NCBI GenBank assembly: GCA_045106895.1
Contig: JBGCFM010000081.1
Coordinates: forward strand, 1 to 64,000
Direction of reading: 5' to 3'
Source: Polyangiales bacterium
Lineage (GTDB): Bacteria > Myxococcota_A > Polyangia > Polyangiales > Houyiibacteriaceae
DNA: 64,000 nt
In this document: piece by piece, positions 46,699 to 56,499 of the stretch
Position numbering within the stretch: the first letter of the stretch is position 1
Layout of the letters: every line of letters starts with the position of its first letter
Translations under genes and position numbers: made by a program
Notes under the pieces: model-generated
Told to the model about the DNA's origin: nothing
Databases searched by the model: none
Seen by the model: only the letters and a program-made list of their open reading frames with translations

Positions 46699-47337
46699 GT
46701 GCTCCGTATCTTCGTATTTGCTGTGACCACAGTGACCGCCATCGCTTGGTGGTCATCCGGCGCATCGAACCGCGCGTTGGCCGACCGAGAGGACTCCTGG
46801 GGCCAGTCCATTCGCGCAGGCGATTTGGTGTTTCAAGACCTCAACTGTGGTGAGCGCTGCGAGCTAATTCGCTCAGTCACCGACTCGCCTTACTCCCACG
46901 TGGGGGTTGTGGTGGAAGACGATGGAGTTCGTATGGTCTGGGAGGCGCTCGCGCCCGTTGGACCTGTCCCCCTCAGTGAGTGGGTCCGGCGCGGCATCGA
47001 CGCCGAGGTCGCCGTGTACAGGCCGCGCCCTTCCCTTCAAGTTCTACAGTCCTCGGTGGAAGAGGCGATGGAGGGCATGGCCGGCCGCTCCTACGACGGG
47101 GACTACCAATGGGACGAAGAACGCATCTACTGCAGCGAGCTTGTCGCCAAGGCCTACGCCGAGGCAGGACAGGAGCTCATCGCCCCGCATAGCGTAGACC
47201 TCGGTCGCCACGAGGAGCGCGTGCATATGCTCTCGGGCGGGCGGCTCACCTCCGAGACGCTCATGGTAACGCCCGCCGATCTTGCGCGGAGTGAGTTCTT
47301 CGTTCGCGTAGTCGACGAGCTCGTAGATTCTGAGTAG
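46699..47337 (+). CDS. Permuted papain-like NlpC/P60 enzyme (YiiX/YebB family)
   Basis: GDLVFQ, YSHVGVV (His before Cys), IYCSELV, VTPADL; signal-like N-terminus. Confidence 0.88.
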   Translation: MLRIFVFAVTTVTAIAWWSSGASNRALADREDSWGQSIRAGDLVFQDLNCGERCELIRSVTDSPYSHVGVVVEDDGVRMVWEALAPVGPVPLSEWVRRGIDAEVAVYRPRPSLQVLQSSVEEAMEGMAGRSYDGDYQWDEERIYCSELVAKAYAEAGQELIAPHSVDLGRHEERVHMLSGGRLTSETLMVTPADLARSEFFVRVVDELVDSE

Positions 47338-47341
47338 CGGG

Positions 47342-47668
47342 CTACGAGCGCTCGGGCAGTAGTCCCTCGATGGCCTCCTCAAGCAAGCTCACTAGCTCGG
47401 GGTCCATGAAACGGTACTCGTCGGGAATGTGCAGGACCTCGACGGGCGCCGGCAGCGGCCGACCGAAGCGCTTTCGCAACATATCTCTGTGCTTCGTTTC
47501 CATCACCACGATGACGTCGGCCCAGTCGATATCCCTCTGGTTGACGCGACGGCGCGCCTTCGGGCTCGTGCCGGCGGAGCGCACCGAGACGGCCTCGTGA
47601 CCCCGAAAGACCTCTTCGGCGGTCGGGCTACGCCATTGGTTTCGACTACAGAGAACGAGGATATGCAT
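47342..47668 (-). CDS. Low-molecular-weight protein-tyrosine-phosphatase-like protein
   Basis: MHILVLCSRNQWRSPTAE (CX5R), SAGT, IPDEY; TGATG overlap with the upstream gene. Confidence 0.88.
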   Translation of the reverse strand: MHILVLCSRNQWRSPTAEEVFRGHEAVSVRSAGTSPKARRRVNQRDIDWADVIVVMETKHRDMLRKRFGRPLPAPVEVLHIPDEYRFMDPELVSLLEEAIEGLLPERS

Positions 47669-48654
47669 CAGGGTTCCTTGCGGCGCGCAGCCCACATCAT
47701 TTGCAAAATCGCCGCCGACCACCACCCCCAAAGCGCGGTAACGAACACACCAAAGAGCGTAAGCGCCTCGGAAGATGGGATGAACCAGAGCTGCGCGGAA
47801 ATACCGATGGCACCGCCCGCCAAAGTCACACGTGACGGACGCAAGAGGAAGGGTTCGAGGCGGTCCCACTCCTCTCGCCGGAAGAGCGCGGGGTAGAACG
47901 TCGACGCGATCATGGGGTAGTCGGCGACGTTCATGACGGCCACGTGAGGAAAATGGAAAAGCATGAGAGCGATGACGAAGACGCTTGAGAAGCGCGGAAG
48001 GACGAGGGCGAAGAGCGGCAGCGTCGCCTCGACCACGAGGGTGCCGTAGATGGCGATGGCACGCGCCCAGGACGGCGCCTCCCCGCCCAAGCCGCCGCTG
48101 GCGAAGAACGCATCCACCCCTTGGATGGCGGAGCTGTAGGGCCCCAAAAACCCGTCGTTCATCTTGTGCAAAGACGCGGACATGTAGGTGATGACCAGCA
48201 CCATCGCGACACCGCGGATGGCGTAGCGATCGATGAAGCTCCTGTTCTTCAACCCCGCTATTCGGCCCAGCGCGATGACCCCGCCCACCGCGACGAGGGA
48301 CGCGAGCATCATGCTCATGTGGTTTCGAATTCGAAACGGGTAGGTAAAATAGTGAGCGACGTAGAACGCGATGAGTGCGAGGAGCCATCGCCGCGTACGT
48401 CGTAGAAGCAGACCCACCATCGTTAGCGCCAGCCCAAGGGCGAAGCCCGTGACGAGCCAGGGCGGGAGCGCCAGGTGCCAGCCGGGCGTCGTCCAGTAAC
48501 GCGCCATCGCCATCGCCGTCCCTGGCGAGTCTTCACCCGTCAGCTGAATCGCGTGCCCAATGAGCGCCGGGAAAAGCAGCAGCGCAATAAAGCGAAGCCG
48601 TCCGTCCGGAGAGAGCTTCGTCGCGTCGAGTTGTAGAAAGCGGGCGAGCGTCAC
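47668..48654 (-). CDS. HTTM-like multi-TM protein
   Basis: RNH, YMSASLHKMNDGFL, TLVVE, LFH motifs resemble the HTTM/vitamin-K-dependent carboxylase membrane domain; GTGA overlap with the upstream gene. Confidence 0.65.
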   Translation of the reverse strand: MTLARFLQLDATKLSPDGRLRFIALLLFPALIGHAIQLTGEDSPGTAMAMARYWTTPGWHLALPPWLVTGFALGLALTMVGLLLRRTRRWLLALIAFYVAHYFTYPFRIRNHMSMMLASLVAVGGVIALGRIAGLKNRSFIDRYAIRGVAMVLVITYMSASLHKMNDGFLGPYSSAIQGVDAFFASGGLGGEAPSWARAIAIYGTLVVEATLPLFALVLPRFSSVFVIALMLFHFPHVAVMNVADYPMIASTFYPALFRREEWDRLEPFLLRPSRVTLAGGAIGISAQLWFIPSSEALTLFGVFVTALWGWWSAAILQMMWAARRKEP

Positions 48655-49175
48655 GGATCCGCATCCTCCACATCGGATTCCGTCGAATGGTCCGCGACGC
48701 TGAAGTCCGTCTCGTAGAGTCGAAATGGCACGCCCGTCGGGGCGGAGAGTTCGTCGTCCGCGCAGGCGTCGGGGGACCAATGAACCTGCGCGTCGCCGCG
48801 CATTCGCCAGCGCATGGATACACGACGACGCTGGCAAAGCTGGTCGAGGACGACGCGAACGGCCTCGGTGTTCAGCGCCCGATGAGGCTGCTCAAGCCAC
48901 CGCAGCAGCATATCGTCGTGGCCATCTTGTTCCGGCGGCGGGTCAAGGGAGACCTCCACATCCACGCGGTACGCCCAGACATCGGAGAGCGCATGCTGCG
49001 GCATGAAGAGGTGGTTGTTGTCGCCCTCCCCCCACTCAAGGCTCGAGAACATCGTCTGGCACGAATCGTCCCGGAGGCCCACGTACGGCAGGAGGTTATT
49101 GGCCACGAGAAGACCGCCGAGGAGCACGAGGAAGACGCGCAACACGCGTTCTCCGCGGGTAGAATCCGACGTCAC
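48651..49175 (-). CDS. Membrane-anchored hypothetical partner of the HTTM-like protein
   Basis: Single TM then PYVGLRDDSCQTMFSSL...NNHLFMP. Confidence 0.65.
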   Translation of the reverse strand: MTSDSTRGERVLRVFLVLLGGLLVANNLLPYVGLRDDSCQTMFSSLEWGEGDNNHLFMPQHALSDVWAYRVDVEVSLDPPPEQDGHDDMLLRWLEQPHRALNTEAVRVVLDQLCQRRRVSMRWRMRGDAQVHWSPDACADDELSAPTGVPFRLYETDFSVADHSTESDVEDADP

Positions 49176-49196
49176 CAGGCTAGCGCCGCGCCGCGA

Positions 49197-51857
49197 CTAG
49201 AAGCCGCGCAAGATGTCGAGAAGCTCGCCGATTCGGCGGGCCGCTTCCTCGTCGGCATCCGCGTCGGAAAGCAGGGATTCGAGCCCGCTCCGCGTCTCTG
49301 CGCAGACCGTTCGTAGGCTGGACACGTCCACGCTGAGAGTCTCGACGCGTTGCTCGGTTTCTTCGAGCGCGCTCTCCTTCGCGCTAAGCTTCTGCTTCAA
49401 GTCCACCGGTTCGACGGGGGCTTGCTTGAGGAGCTGGATCACTCGCTCGTCGGCGAGAGAGCGCGCCGCGCGTTCGTGCTCCAGGGCTTCCTGCAGCCGG
49501 TCCGCGCGCTCTTCGAGTTCGAGGGCGTCCGTGTTTGAGGTGCTTCCGCCGCCATCCCGAACACGGCGCTCAAGAGCGCGGATGCGATCATCTCGCTCTT
49601 CAAGCTGCGCCGTCAGAGAGCGCATCAAGGTCTCGAGGCCAGCGTCCGCCTCCGAGGTGGGCGCTAGCTCTCCGCCCGCCGAGGTGATCGACGAACGTTC
49701 CGGTGTGAAGCCTTGGTCCTGAAGCGCCGCGAGGGTGGCTCGAGCAGCGCCGAGGGCCTCCGTCGCCTTGGCCTTGAACGCTTCGAGTCCAGCGACGGTC
49801 TCTTCGGCGGCGCTCGCATGATCCCGCAGCGCTCCGAGTTCGCCCTCGACCTGTCCGAGGCGAGCTGCCGCCGCGTCGCGCGCTTCAGCGACCTCCCGCA
49901 GTTCATCGCTGAGCTCTTCGGCCTCCTGCTGAGCCAACTCTACGAGGTCCGCCGCCGCTGAGTTTGCCAACGCTGCTTTGAGCTCCGCTTCGAGCTCAGC
50001 AACCTTCCGTTCGGCACGCTCCCGAGCATCGACGGCAAGCGACGCGGCCACAACCGCTTCACGTAGGTTGAAGACCTCATCGCGCATGCGAACGACCTGC
50101 TTGTCGTGCAGCGCTCGGGTGTTCTCCTCTTGAGCGAGGTCGATCTGAAGTCGCGTAATGAGTGCGTCTCGCGCCGCCAGTGCAGAACTTACCTCGCGGC
50201 CTCGCGTCTCGAGGGCCTCCTTGTCGGCGCTCAGGTCCAGCGTCGAAATCGTGAGCTCCGTGTTGGTCCGGCGAAGCATCTCCACCTCCTCCTGAAGCGC
50301 ATCAAGGCGGTCGAGCTGATCAGTGCTTGGCGAAACCGCAGCCGCCGGCGCCGGCGGCGCGGAAGCCGCTTCAAGAGAAGCTTCCACATCCGCCAAGCGA
50401 AGCGTGAGCCCGTTTCGTTCACCTTCGAGGGCTTCCAGCTGAGTGCGGGCCTCCGCCAACTCTGCAACGGCGGGGTCCGGCGATGGCTCTGGAGCCGGCG
50501 CGGCCTGAAGCTCTGCCACCTCGGAACGCAGCTCGACGTTGGTAGACCGGGCAGCCTCCAGGGACGCCTCGATGTCCGACAAACGCAGCGCGAGACCGTT
50601 GCGCTCGCCTTCGAGAGTTTCCGCGGCGCGCTTCGCCTGGGCGAGTTCCTCCGTGAGAGCCGGGTCTGGAGCGGCGGAAGCAGGAGCGGCGGAAGCGGGA
50701 TCTGCGGCGGGCGGGGCGGAAGCCACCGGCGCGGGGGCAGCCGAAGACGCGGCAGACTTGAGGGCCACCACTTCGGCGCTCAGTTCATCGATGGTGAACT
50801 GCGCAGCCGCGAGAGAGGCTTCGGTGTCGAGGGCGCTGTCCGTCGCCGGCGCGCCACGATGACCGCGGGTCCATTCGCGAAGCTCCTCTGCCATGTCGCG
50901 GACGATGAGCGCGTGCCTGCGAGCCTCACTCTGGAGTGATCGAACCTGCGCGCCACGCTCCTGAAGCTTGTGCTCAAGGGCGATGATGTCTTCCCCATCG
51001 TCGATGTCCTCAACGAGCGCGACCGGCGGAGGTACCTGCGCGGCCTCACGAGACAGCGCTTCGGCCTGGGTGGCGCGTGCCTCAGCTTCCGCCACGGCAG
51101 CTTCGGCGGCGGCTTCTTGCGACACCAGGCGAGCACGCGCCTCCGAGAGCGTCGCCTCTGTCTCCACGAGACGGACCTGGGCTTGTTCAAGTCGCGCGCC
51201 GGCGCGATTCAGTTCCTGGCGCAGCGCTTGGACCTCGCGCTCATTCGACTCAGCAGGCTGCGTGCCCGGCAGCTGCACGACGAGGAGACCATCGTTCTCC
51301 GGCAGTTCATCACCTGCGACGAACAGGTATCGCTCGATGTCTTCTGGCGCGTTCCGGAGAAGCGAGTCATCGAAAGCGACCCCGCCTGCTTCGTGGTCTA
51401 GGTTCGCGATGGCAGACGCCGTCAGCGGCGCCTGACCGAGAAGGCGAACTTCCCGGAACGCGGCGTCGAGGGCGGGAACTGCACGCTCGTAGTGCTCCGT
51501 ATCCGCTTGTGTCCCAAGAACCAGCAGGCCGTCTCCGAGGGCGCGTTTTATTTCCTCTGAGCTTTGGCTTAGGTCTTCGAGGACGCTGGCGTCGGGCACC
51601 ACGACAAGATCAAACTGACCGTCCAGCTCCAAGCGCCCAGCGCTGTAAGGAACGACGCGAGCGGCGCCGACCTTTCCGGCACGCAAGCGCCCAGACGTGT
51701 CCATCACACGGACATCGAGGGCCATGGACGCGAGACGCTCCGCGCCGCCGGTGGACGCATCACCGATCCACAGTACGCGCCGGCCAGAGGCCACGTCTTG
51801 CAGAAACACCGTGAGGGCGAGATCTGCGTTGGGCGAAGGAGCGCTTGGATTCGACAT
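49197..51857 (-). CDS. Long coiled-coil protein with N-terminal degenerate methyltransferase-like fold
   Basis: GRRVLWIGD...FDLVVV N-terminal domain, then ~650 aa rich in E/A/L/R heptads with Pro-Ala linkers. Confidence 0.75.
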   Translation of the reverse strand: MSNPSAPSPNADLALTVFLQDVASGRRVLWIGDASTGGAERLASMALDVRVMDTSGRLRAGKVGAARVVPYSAGRLELDGQFDLVVVPDASVLEDLSQSSEEIKRALGDGLLVLGTQADTEHYERAVPALDAAFREVRLLGQAPLTASAIANLDHEAGGVAFDDSLLRNAPEDIERYLFVAGDELPENDGLLVVQLPGTQPAESNEREVQALRQELNRAGARLEQAQVRLVETEATLSEARARLVSQEAAAEAAVAEAEARATQAEALSREAAQVPPPVALVEDIDDGEDIIALEHKLQERGAQVRSLQSEARRHALIVRDMAEELREWTRGHRGAPATDSALDTEASLAAAQFTIDELSAEVVALKSAASSAAPAPVASAPPAADPASAAPASAAPDPALTEELAQAKRAAETLEGERNGLALRLSDIEASLEAARSTNVELRSEVAELQAAPAPEPSPDPAVAELAEARTQLEALEGERNGLTLRLADVEASLEAASAPPAPAAAVSPSTDQLDRLDALQEEVEMLRRTNTELTISTLDLSADKEALETRGREVSSALAARDALITRLQIDLAQEENTRALHDKQVVRMRDEVFNLREAVVAASLAVDARERAERKVAELEAELKAALANSAAADLVELAQQEAEELSDELREVAEARDAAAARLGQVEGELGALRDHASAAEETVAGLEAFKAKATEALGAARATLAALQDQGFTPERSSITSAGGELAPTSEADAGLETLMRSLTAQLEERDDRIRALERRVRDGGGSTSNTDALELEERADRLQEALEHERAARSLADERVIQLLKQAPVEPVDLKQKLSAKESALEETEQRVETLSVDVSSLRTVCAETRSGLESLLSDADADEEAARRIGELLDILRGF

Positions 51858-52011
51858 GAGTGAGCTTTCGGCCGAAAGGTCGGCGCGTCGGTTATAGCGA
51901 GTGCGCGATTCGCGGGTCAACGCCCCTTTTCAGCCGCTTATTGCGTGTTCTGGAGTTTTCGCGACGTGAGTTCACCTCGCCCTTCCCACAGGGCCCCGCT
52001 ATGTTCCCCGG

Positions 52012-54909
52012 GTGTCCCCAGCGGCGACCGGTGTAAAGCGCTTTTTGGCCCGGCTACGCCGGCGAACGCTGCTTCTGCACGTTCAGCGACTGGTCCTCGT
52101 CGGTGGGACCACATTTGTCGTAAGCCTGCTTTTTCTTGGGATGATCCTCCCCCCTGCGATCGGTCTCATCGCAGCGATCAGCGCCTGGGCTGTTGTCGTG
52201 GCCGCAACGTTGGCGGCCTGCGTGTGGTCGCTCTGGCCCGTTGTCGAGTCTCGCGGCGGCTCCGTGGCCCGGCATCTCCAGCGACGTTCCCCCCGAATTG
52301 CATCGGCGGCGCGAAGTGTCGTCGAGCTCGCGGACGCGTCCGACCAGACAGAGCTAGTCCACGCCCATGCCAACGAAGTCTGGGATGAGCTCAAAGATGT
52401 CCGTCCCCGGGAGGTCATCCCCTGGAGCGTCGCGTGGACCTCGCGGGCGCTCATCGCCGCCGGCGTTGGCCTGACTCTGGCCCTGGTCCTCCTCGCCGGA
52501 GGAGCGGGTAAGACCGGCGTGTACGCGATGTTCCATCCAGGGAACCACGACGGAGATGCCGCGCTCGTGGACATCGTCTCGAGCCTCGAGTGGTCCTGCC
52601 GCTTCCCCAGCTACTTGAAACGAGCGCCGGAGCAGCTCTCTGGAGCCGCTCTCACGCTCCCCGTCGGTACCGTGGTGAGTGCGTCCATGAGCGCTCGCGT
52701 GAACCTGCGACAGGCGCATCTCGACATCGCCGGCACACGTTACCCTCTCGAGGGGCATGGACGGGAATGGCACACCACCTTCGAAGTCACGGAGTCGGGG
52801 ACCATCTTGGTGCGAGGGCGTGACGCCGACGGTCAAACACTTCAGGACGCGTCCCCGCGTGGGCTCACCGCCGTCGTCGACGAGGAGCCGGCGCTCTCCA
52901 TCGAGAGCCCGCCACTCGAAGATGTCGACGCCGACGCCGAGCTGACCATGCCTTTCACGGCCAGCGACGATCATGGCCTTGCGTCGGTTCGCTTAGTCGT
53001 GCGCACGAGCGCCGGCGAGGTCATTCGCCGGGAACTTTTTCGCTCCGAAGCGGGCGTTCTGCGACACCAAGGCCTCTTCACTTTCTCCGTCCCCGAGACG
53101 CGCGCGCGACCCGGGGACCCCATCCACGTTTGGATCGAAGGCACCGACCTGGATGACGAAAACGGGCCCAACATGGGTCGCTCGGAGAGTCTTCGCATCG
53201 TCGTCGCGAGTGAGAGCACCCGGCGAGAGAGAGTAGCGAGGCGCCTCGCGGAGGCCATGGACTTGGGCCTCGGTGCGCTGGCAGACCGGCTTGAAAACGA
53301 AGATTTCGGGAGCCCAGAACGACTCGCCTTCGTGGGTGCCTCTACCGAAAACTACGCCACCATTCTCCAAGCCATCGGCGAAGAAGACCCCGAAGGCATC
53401 GACGGGAGCGTCCTTCGCGCGATGGGCACGCGAGTGCGCAGAGGGCTGGTTCGCGAGCAGCGAGCACACCGCGGCGGCCGCGCGAGTGCATCCGCCGCGC
53501 GGCGTGTGGACACGCCGATGATCCCGCTCTTCGAAGACCAAATCTTGCTCCTCGCCGACCTCGTCGCGCAAGTTCGCCTTGAAGACGCCGCGTCCATCGC
53601 CCGCGAACTCGACGCCCTCCGTCGGGAGATGACCTCGCTCCTCGAAGAGCTTCAACGCACCGACTCTCCGCAGGCTCGGGAAGACCTCCTCGCCGCCATC
53701 GCTCGAGCCCACGCACGGCTCCAGGAGCTCTCCGCCCGACTTGCCTCGTTGCGGGAGGCGAGTCCGTCGGAGTTCGTGAACCGCGAGAGCATGGACTCCC
53801 AGCCCAGCGAAGACGCCCTCAGCGCGTTTGAGCAAGCGGTCCGCGAAGGAGACTTTGAACGCGCGGAGCGACAGCTCCTTGAACTGCAGCGAGAAATCGA
53901 CCGCCTCGCCGGTTCCACGGAGACCGCAAACGCAGAGATGGGCTCGGGTCGTCCTGGCCCGCGCGAACGCGCCATGGCCGAAGCGCTCGACCTTCTTTCC
54001 GGTCTCGAACGCGAACAAGCGCAGCTCAGCGGACGCTCCGAAGACACACGGCAGGCGGCGACGGCGGCGGCCCTCGAAGACGCCGGTGACGCGCTGGCGG
54101 AGGAAGCTCAGCGACTCGAGTCAGATGTGCGCGCCGCCGCGGATGTGTTGCGCGCGGTCCCGGAAAACCGCTTAGGTCGATACGACTCCGAGACTCGCGC
54201 TATCGCCATCGCCCGACTTGAGGACGCGGCGGACGCACTCGCCGCCGGTGACTTCGGAGAAGGCCGAGAGATGGCCCGAGCGGCGCAACGAAACGTGCAG
54301 CGCCTCGCTCGCGAACTTGAGCTGTCGGCGATGATGTACGGCGGAAGAAACGGAGTTATGGCGGAAGCTTCCCAAGCCGCTCAGCGTGCAGCCCAAGCGA
54401 CACGAGAGCTCGCCGGCGAGATCAACGCCGCGATTCCCCGTGTGCAGGAACACTTGGCGGAGAACGGGCGCGCGCAGCTGGCAGAAGACTCCCCGCGCCA
54501 GAGTGCTGCGCGAGAAGCAGCCGAGCGCCTATCGGCGCTCTTCCGTTCCGAGCCGGACGGCAGTCCCCTGAGTCCAGAGAGCGCCGAGAGCGTGGACTCG
54601 GCGATGGAAGCGATGCGCGGCGCCGAGACGGCAATGGAGGCACGCGAACCGATGGGCACCGCGCAGAACCAAGCAGAAGCAGCGCGGCAGCTTTCCGAAC
54701 TGAGGGACAAGCTGGAGGAGCAGCAGCGTCAAGAGCAGGAGTCCGGCGGTGGCGGCGGCGAGTCGACGCCACGGGAGCGCATCGCCCTCCCCGGCGAAGG
54801 CGAACGCCGCGATGACCGTCGACGAGAGCTCCTCGATGGAATGCAAAGGCGCGCGCCCGCCGGTTTTGAAGAGGCGAACAGACGGTACTACGAGGGGCTT
54901 CTTCGATGA
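52012..54909 (+). CDS. DUF4175-like membrane-anchored protein with Ig-like and helical regions
   Basis: Three N-terminal TMs; FPSY, ASDDHGL, D.D..NGP motifs; long helical tail ending RYYEGLLR. Confidence 0.75.
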   Translation: MSPAATGVKRFLARLRRRTLLLHVQRLVLVGGTTFVVSLLFLGMILPPAIGLIAAISAWAVVVAATLAACVWSLWPVVESRGGSVARHLQRRSPRIASAARSVVELADASDQTELVHAHANEVWDELKDVRPREVIPWSVAWTSRALIAAGVGLTLALVLLAGGAGKTGVYAMFHPGNHDGDAALVDIVSSLEWSCRFPSYLKRAPEQLSGAALTLPVGTVVSASMSARVNLRQAHLDIAGTRYPLEGHGREWHTTFEVTESGTILVRGRDADGQTLQDASPRGLTAVVDEEPALSIESPPLEDVDADAELTMPFTASDDHGLASVRLVVRTSAGEVIRRELFRSEAGVLRHQGLFTFSVPETRARPGDPIHVWIEGTDLDDENGPNMGRSESLRIVVASESTRRERVARRLAEAMDLGLGALADRLENEDFGSPERLAFVGASTENYATILQAIGEEDPEGIDGSVLRAMGTRVRRGLVREQRAHRGGRASASAARRVDTPMIPLFEDQILLLADLVAQVRLEDAASIARELDALRREMTSLLEELQRTDSPQAREDLLAAIARAHARLQELSARLASLREASPSEFVNRESMDSQPSEDALSAFEQAVREGDFERAERQLLELQREIDRLAGSTETANAEMGSGRPGPRERAMAEALDLLSGLEREQAQLSGRSEDTRQAATAAALEDAGDALAEEAQRLESDVRAAADVLRAVPENRLGRYDSETRAIAIARLEDAADALAAGDFGEGREMARAAQRNVQRLARELELSAMMYGGRNGVMAEASQAAQRAAQATRELAGEINAAIPRVQEHLAENGRAQLAEDSPRQSAAREAAERLSALFRSEPDGSPLSPESAESVDSAMEAMRGAETAMEAREPMGTAQNQAEAARQLSELRDKLEEQQRQEQESGGGGGESTPRERIALPGEGERRDDRRRELLDGMQRRAPAGFEEANRRYYEGLLR

Positions 54910-56471
54910 ACGGCGCTCGGATGTTTCGGATCGGCGCGTGGATGTTCGCGGCGCTGTGCACGTGGGCTGCCACGGAGGCGAGCGCGCAAAGCGGGCGTAC
55001 GCGCGAGGCCTTCGACGCCCTCGCGGAACTCCGCGTCGAGGATGCAGACGCCATCGTGGAGACTTTGGACGACAACGCCCTGTCCCTCGAGCTCAAAGGA
55101 ATGGTGCGCTTCCACCAAGGCCGCTACGAGGAAGCCCTGACGGCGATGGAAGCGTCGCTCGAGATGTCACCGGCGCAGCCAGGGTCCACGCGCGTCGAGA
55201 TGCGCGACCTCATCCGCTCAACCCGAGACGCCACCCAGGGCTACATCGAAGTGCACAGCGACGATGGTCGATTCATCATCCGGCACCCTCCAGGTCGCGA
55301 AGCGACGCTGATTCCTTACGCGATGGAGGCGCTACAGCGCACCGACGAGGCGCTGCACGTGGAGCTTGGTGTTCGGGTTCCAGGCCCGATTCTCCTCGAG
55401 ATCTATCCCTCGGCGAGCGTGCTGGCCGCGGTCTCGTCGTTGACCGTGGAGAACATCGAGACCTCCGGCACCATCGCTCTGTGCAAGTGGGACCGGCTCA
55501 TGGTGACTTCGCCCCGCGCGCTGCTCCGTGGTTACCCATGGATGGACACCATCGCGCACGAGTTCACGCATCTTGTCCTGGCCCGCGGCAGCCGTGACCA
55601 CGCCCCGGTGTGGGTTCAGGAAGGAATCGCGAAGTTTCTCGAGCGGCGCTGGCGCCAGGCCGAAGTGCCTCTTGAGCAGTCTCCGATGCTCCAGATGATG
55701 CTTCGAGAAGCCGCGAGCAACGACACCCTGCTTCCCTTCGAGCGTCTGCATCCGAGCATCGCGCTCCTTCCCTCTCAGGAACAGGCCGCCCTCGCCTTCG
55801 CGCAGGTTTCGAGCTTCGTGTCCCTCTATTATCAGACCTTTGGGCGAGCCGCGCTCCAGGACGTGGTGCGACGTTTGGCCGCTGGCGAAGACGCACAAGA
55901 CGCGTTCGGCAACGCCGCCCAGCGAACCTTCGCGCAACTCGAAGACACCTGGCGACGCAGCCTCGATCGGCTGAACGCGAGCGACGCTCCAGACTTCCGA
56001 GGCCTTCGATTTCACGGCGATGAGTCCGATGACGTGGGCGAGGAAGCCCGCCGTCACCTGCGGCTCGGCGACATGCTCTGGACACGCGAGCGCTATGGCG
56101 CGGCCGCTCGCCAGTACGAGCGTGGCCTTCGCACCGCGCCTGGCGACCCTGTCTTGGCAGCGCGCCTCGCTCGCGCGGCGCTGGCCGGCCGGCGAAACGG
56201 CGTCGATGCCCAGGAAGGCGCGGCACTCGCGATCGCGACTCTTCAGCCCATCGCAGCGGACCACCCCGACTACGCGCCTCTACGGGCCTACCTCGGGAGC
56301 GCCTACCGCGTCGCCGGTGAGGTGGCCAATGCGCAGCGGGAGGCACGCGCCGCCCTCGCCCTCAACCCCTTCGACCCACGCCCCCATTGCGACCTCGCAG
56401 AGATAGGGGACGAGGCCATCCGTGAGCGAGAGGCAAACGCGTGCGCGGCGCTGGGCGGCGAGCAGCCATGA
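54906..56471 (+). CDS. Secreted TPR/peptidase MA-like (gluzincin) protein
   Basis: Signal peptide; IAHEFTH...PVWVQEGIA; flanking TPR repeats; ATGA overlap. Confidence 0.85.
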   Translation: MNGARMFRIGAWMFAALCTWAATEASAQSGRTREAFDALAELRVEDADAIVETLDDNALSLELKGMVRFHQGRYEEALTAMEASLEMSPAQPGSTRVEMRDLIRSTRDATQGYIEVHSDDGRFIIRHPPGREATLIPYAMEALQRTDEALHVELGVRVPGPILLEIYPSASVLAAVSSLTVENIETSGTIALCKWDRLMVTSPRALLRGYPWMDTIAHEFTHLVLARGSRDHAPVWVQEGIAKFLERRWRQAEVPLEQSPMLQMMLREAASNDTLLPFERLHPSIALLPSQEQAALAFAQVSSFVSLYYQTFGRAALQDVVRRLAAGEDAQDAFGNAAQRTFAQLEDTWRRSLDRLNASDAPDFRGLRFHGDESDDVGEEARRHLRLGDMLWTRERYGAAARQYERGLRTAPGDPVLAARLARAALAGRRNGVDAQEGAALAIATLQPIAADHPDYAPLRAYLGSAYRVAGEVANAQREARAALALNPFDPRPHCDLAEIGDEAIREREANACAALGGEQP

Positions 56472-56499
56472 GCGACCGGACAGCGCGGGAAGTAGGGCA

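Noticed and set aside
47342..48388. 348-aa ORF suggesting a long phosphatase fusion
   Set aside because: Only the last ~108 aa are phosphatase-like; the remainder is an alternative frame of the HTTM-like gene.
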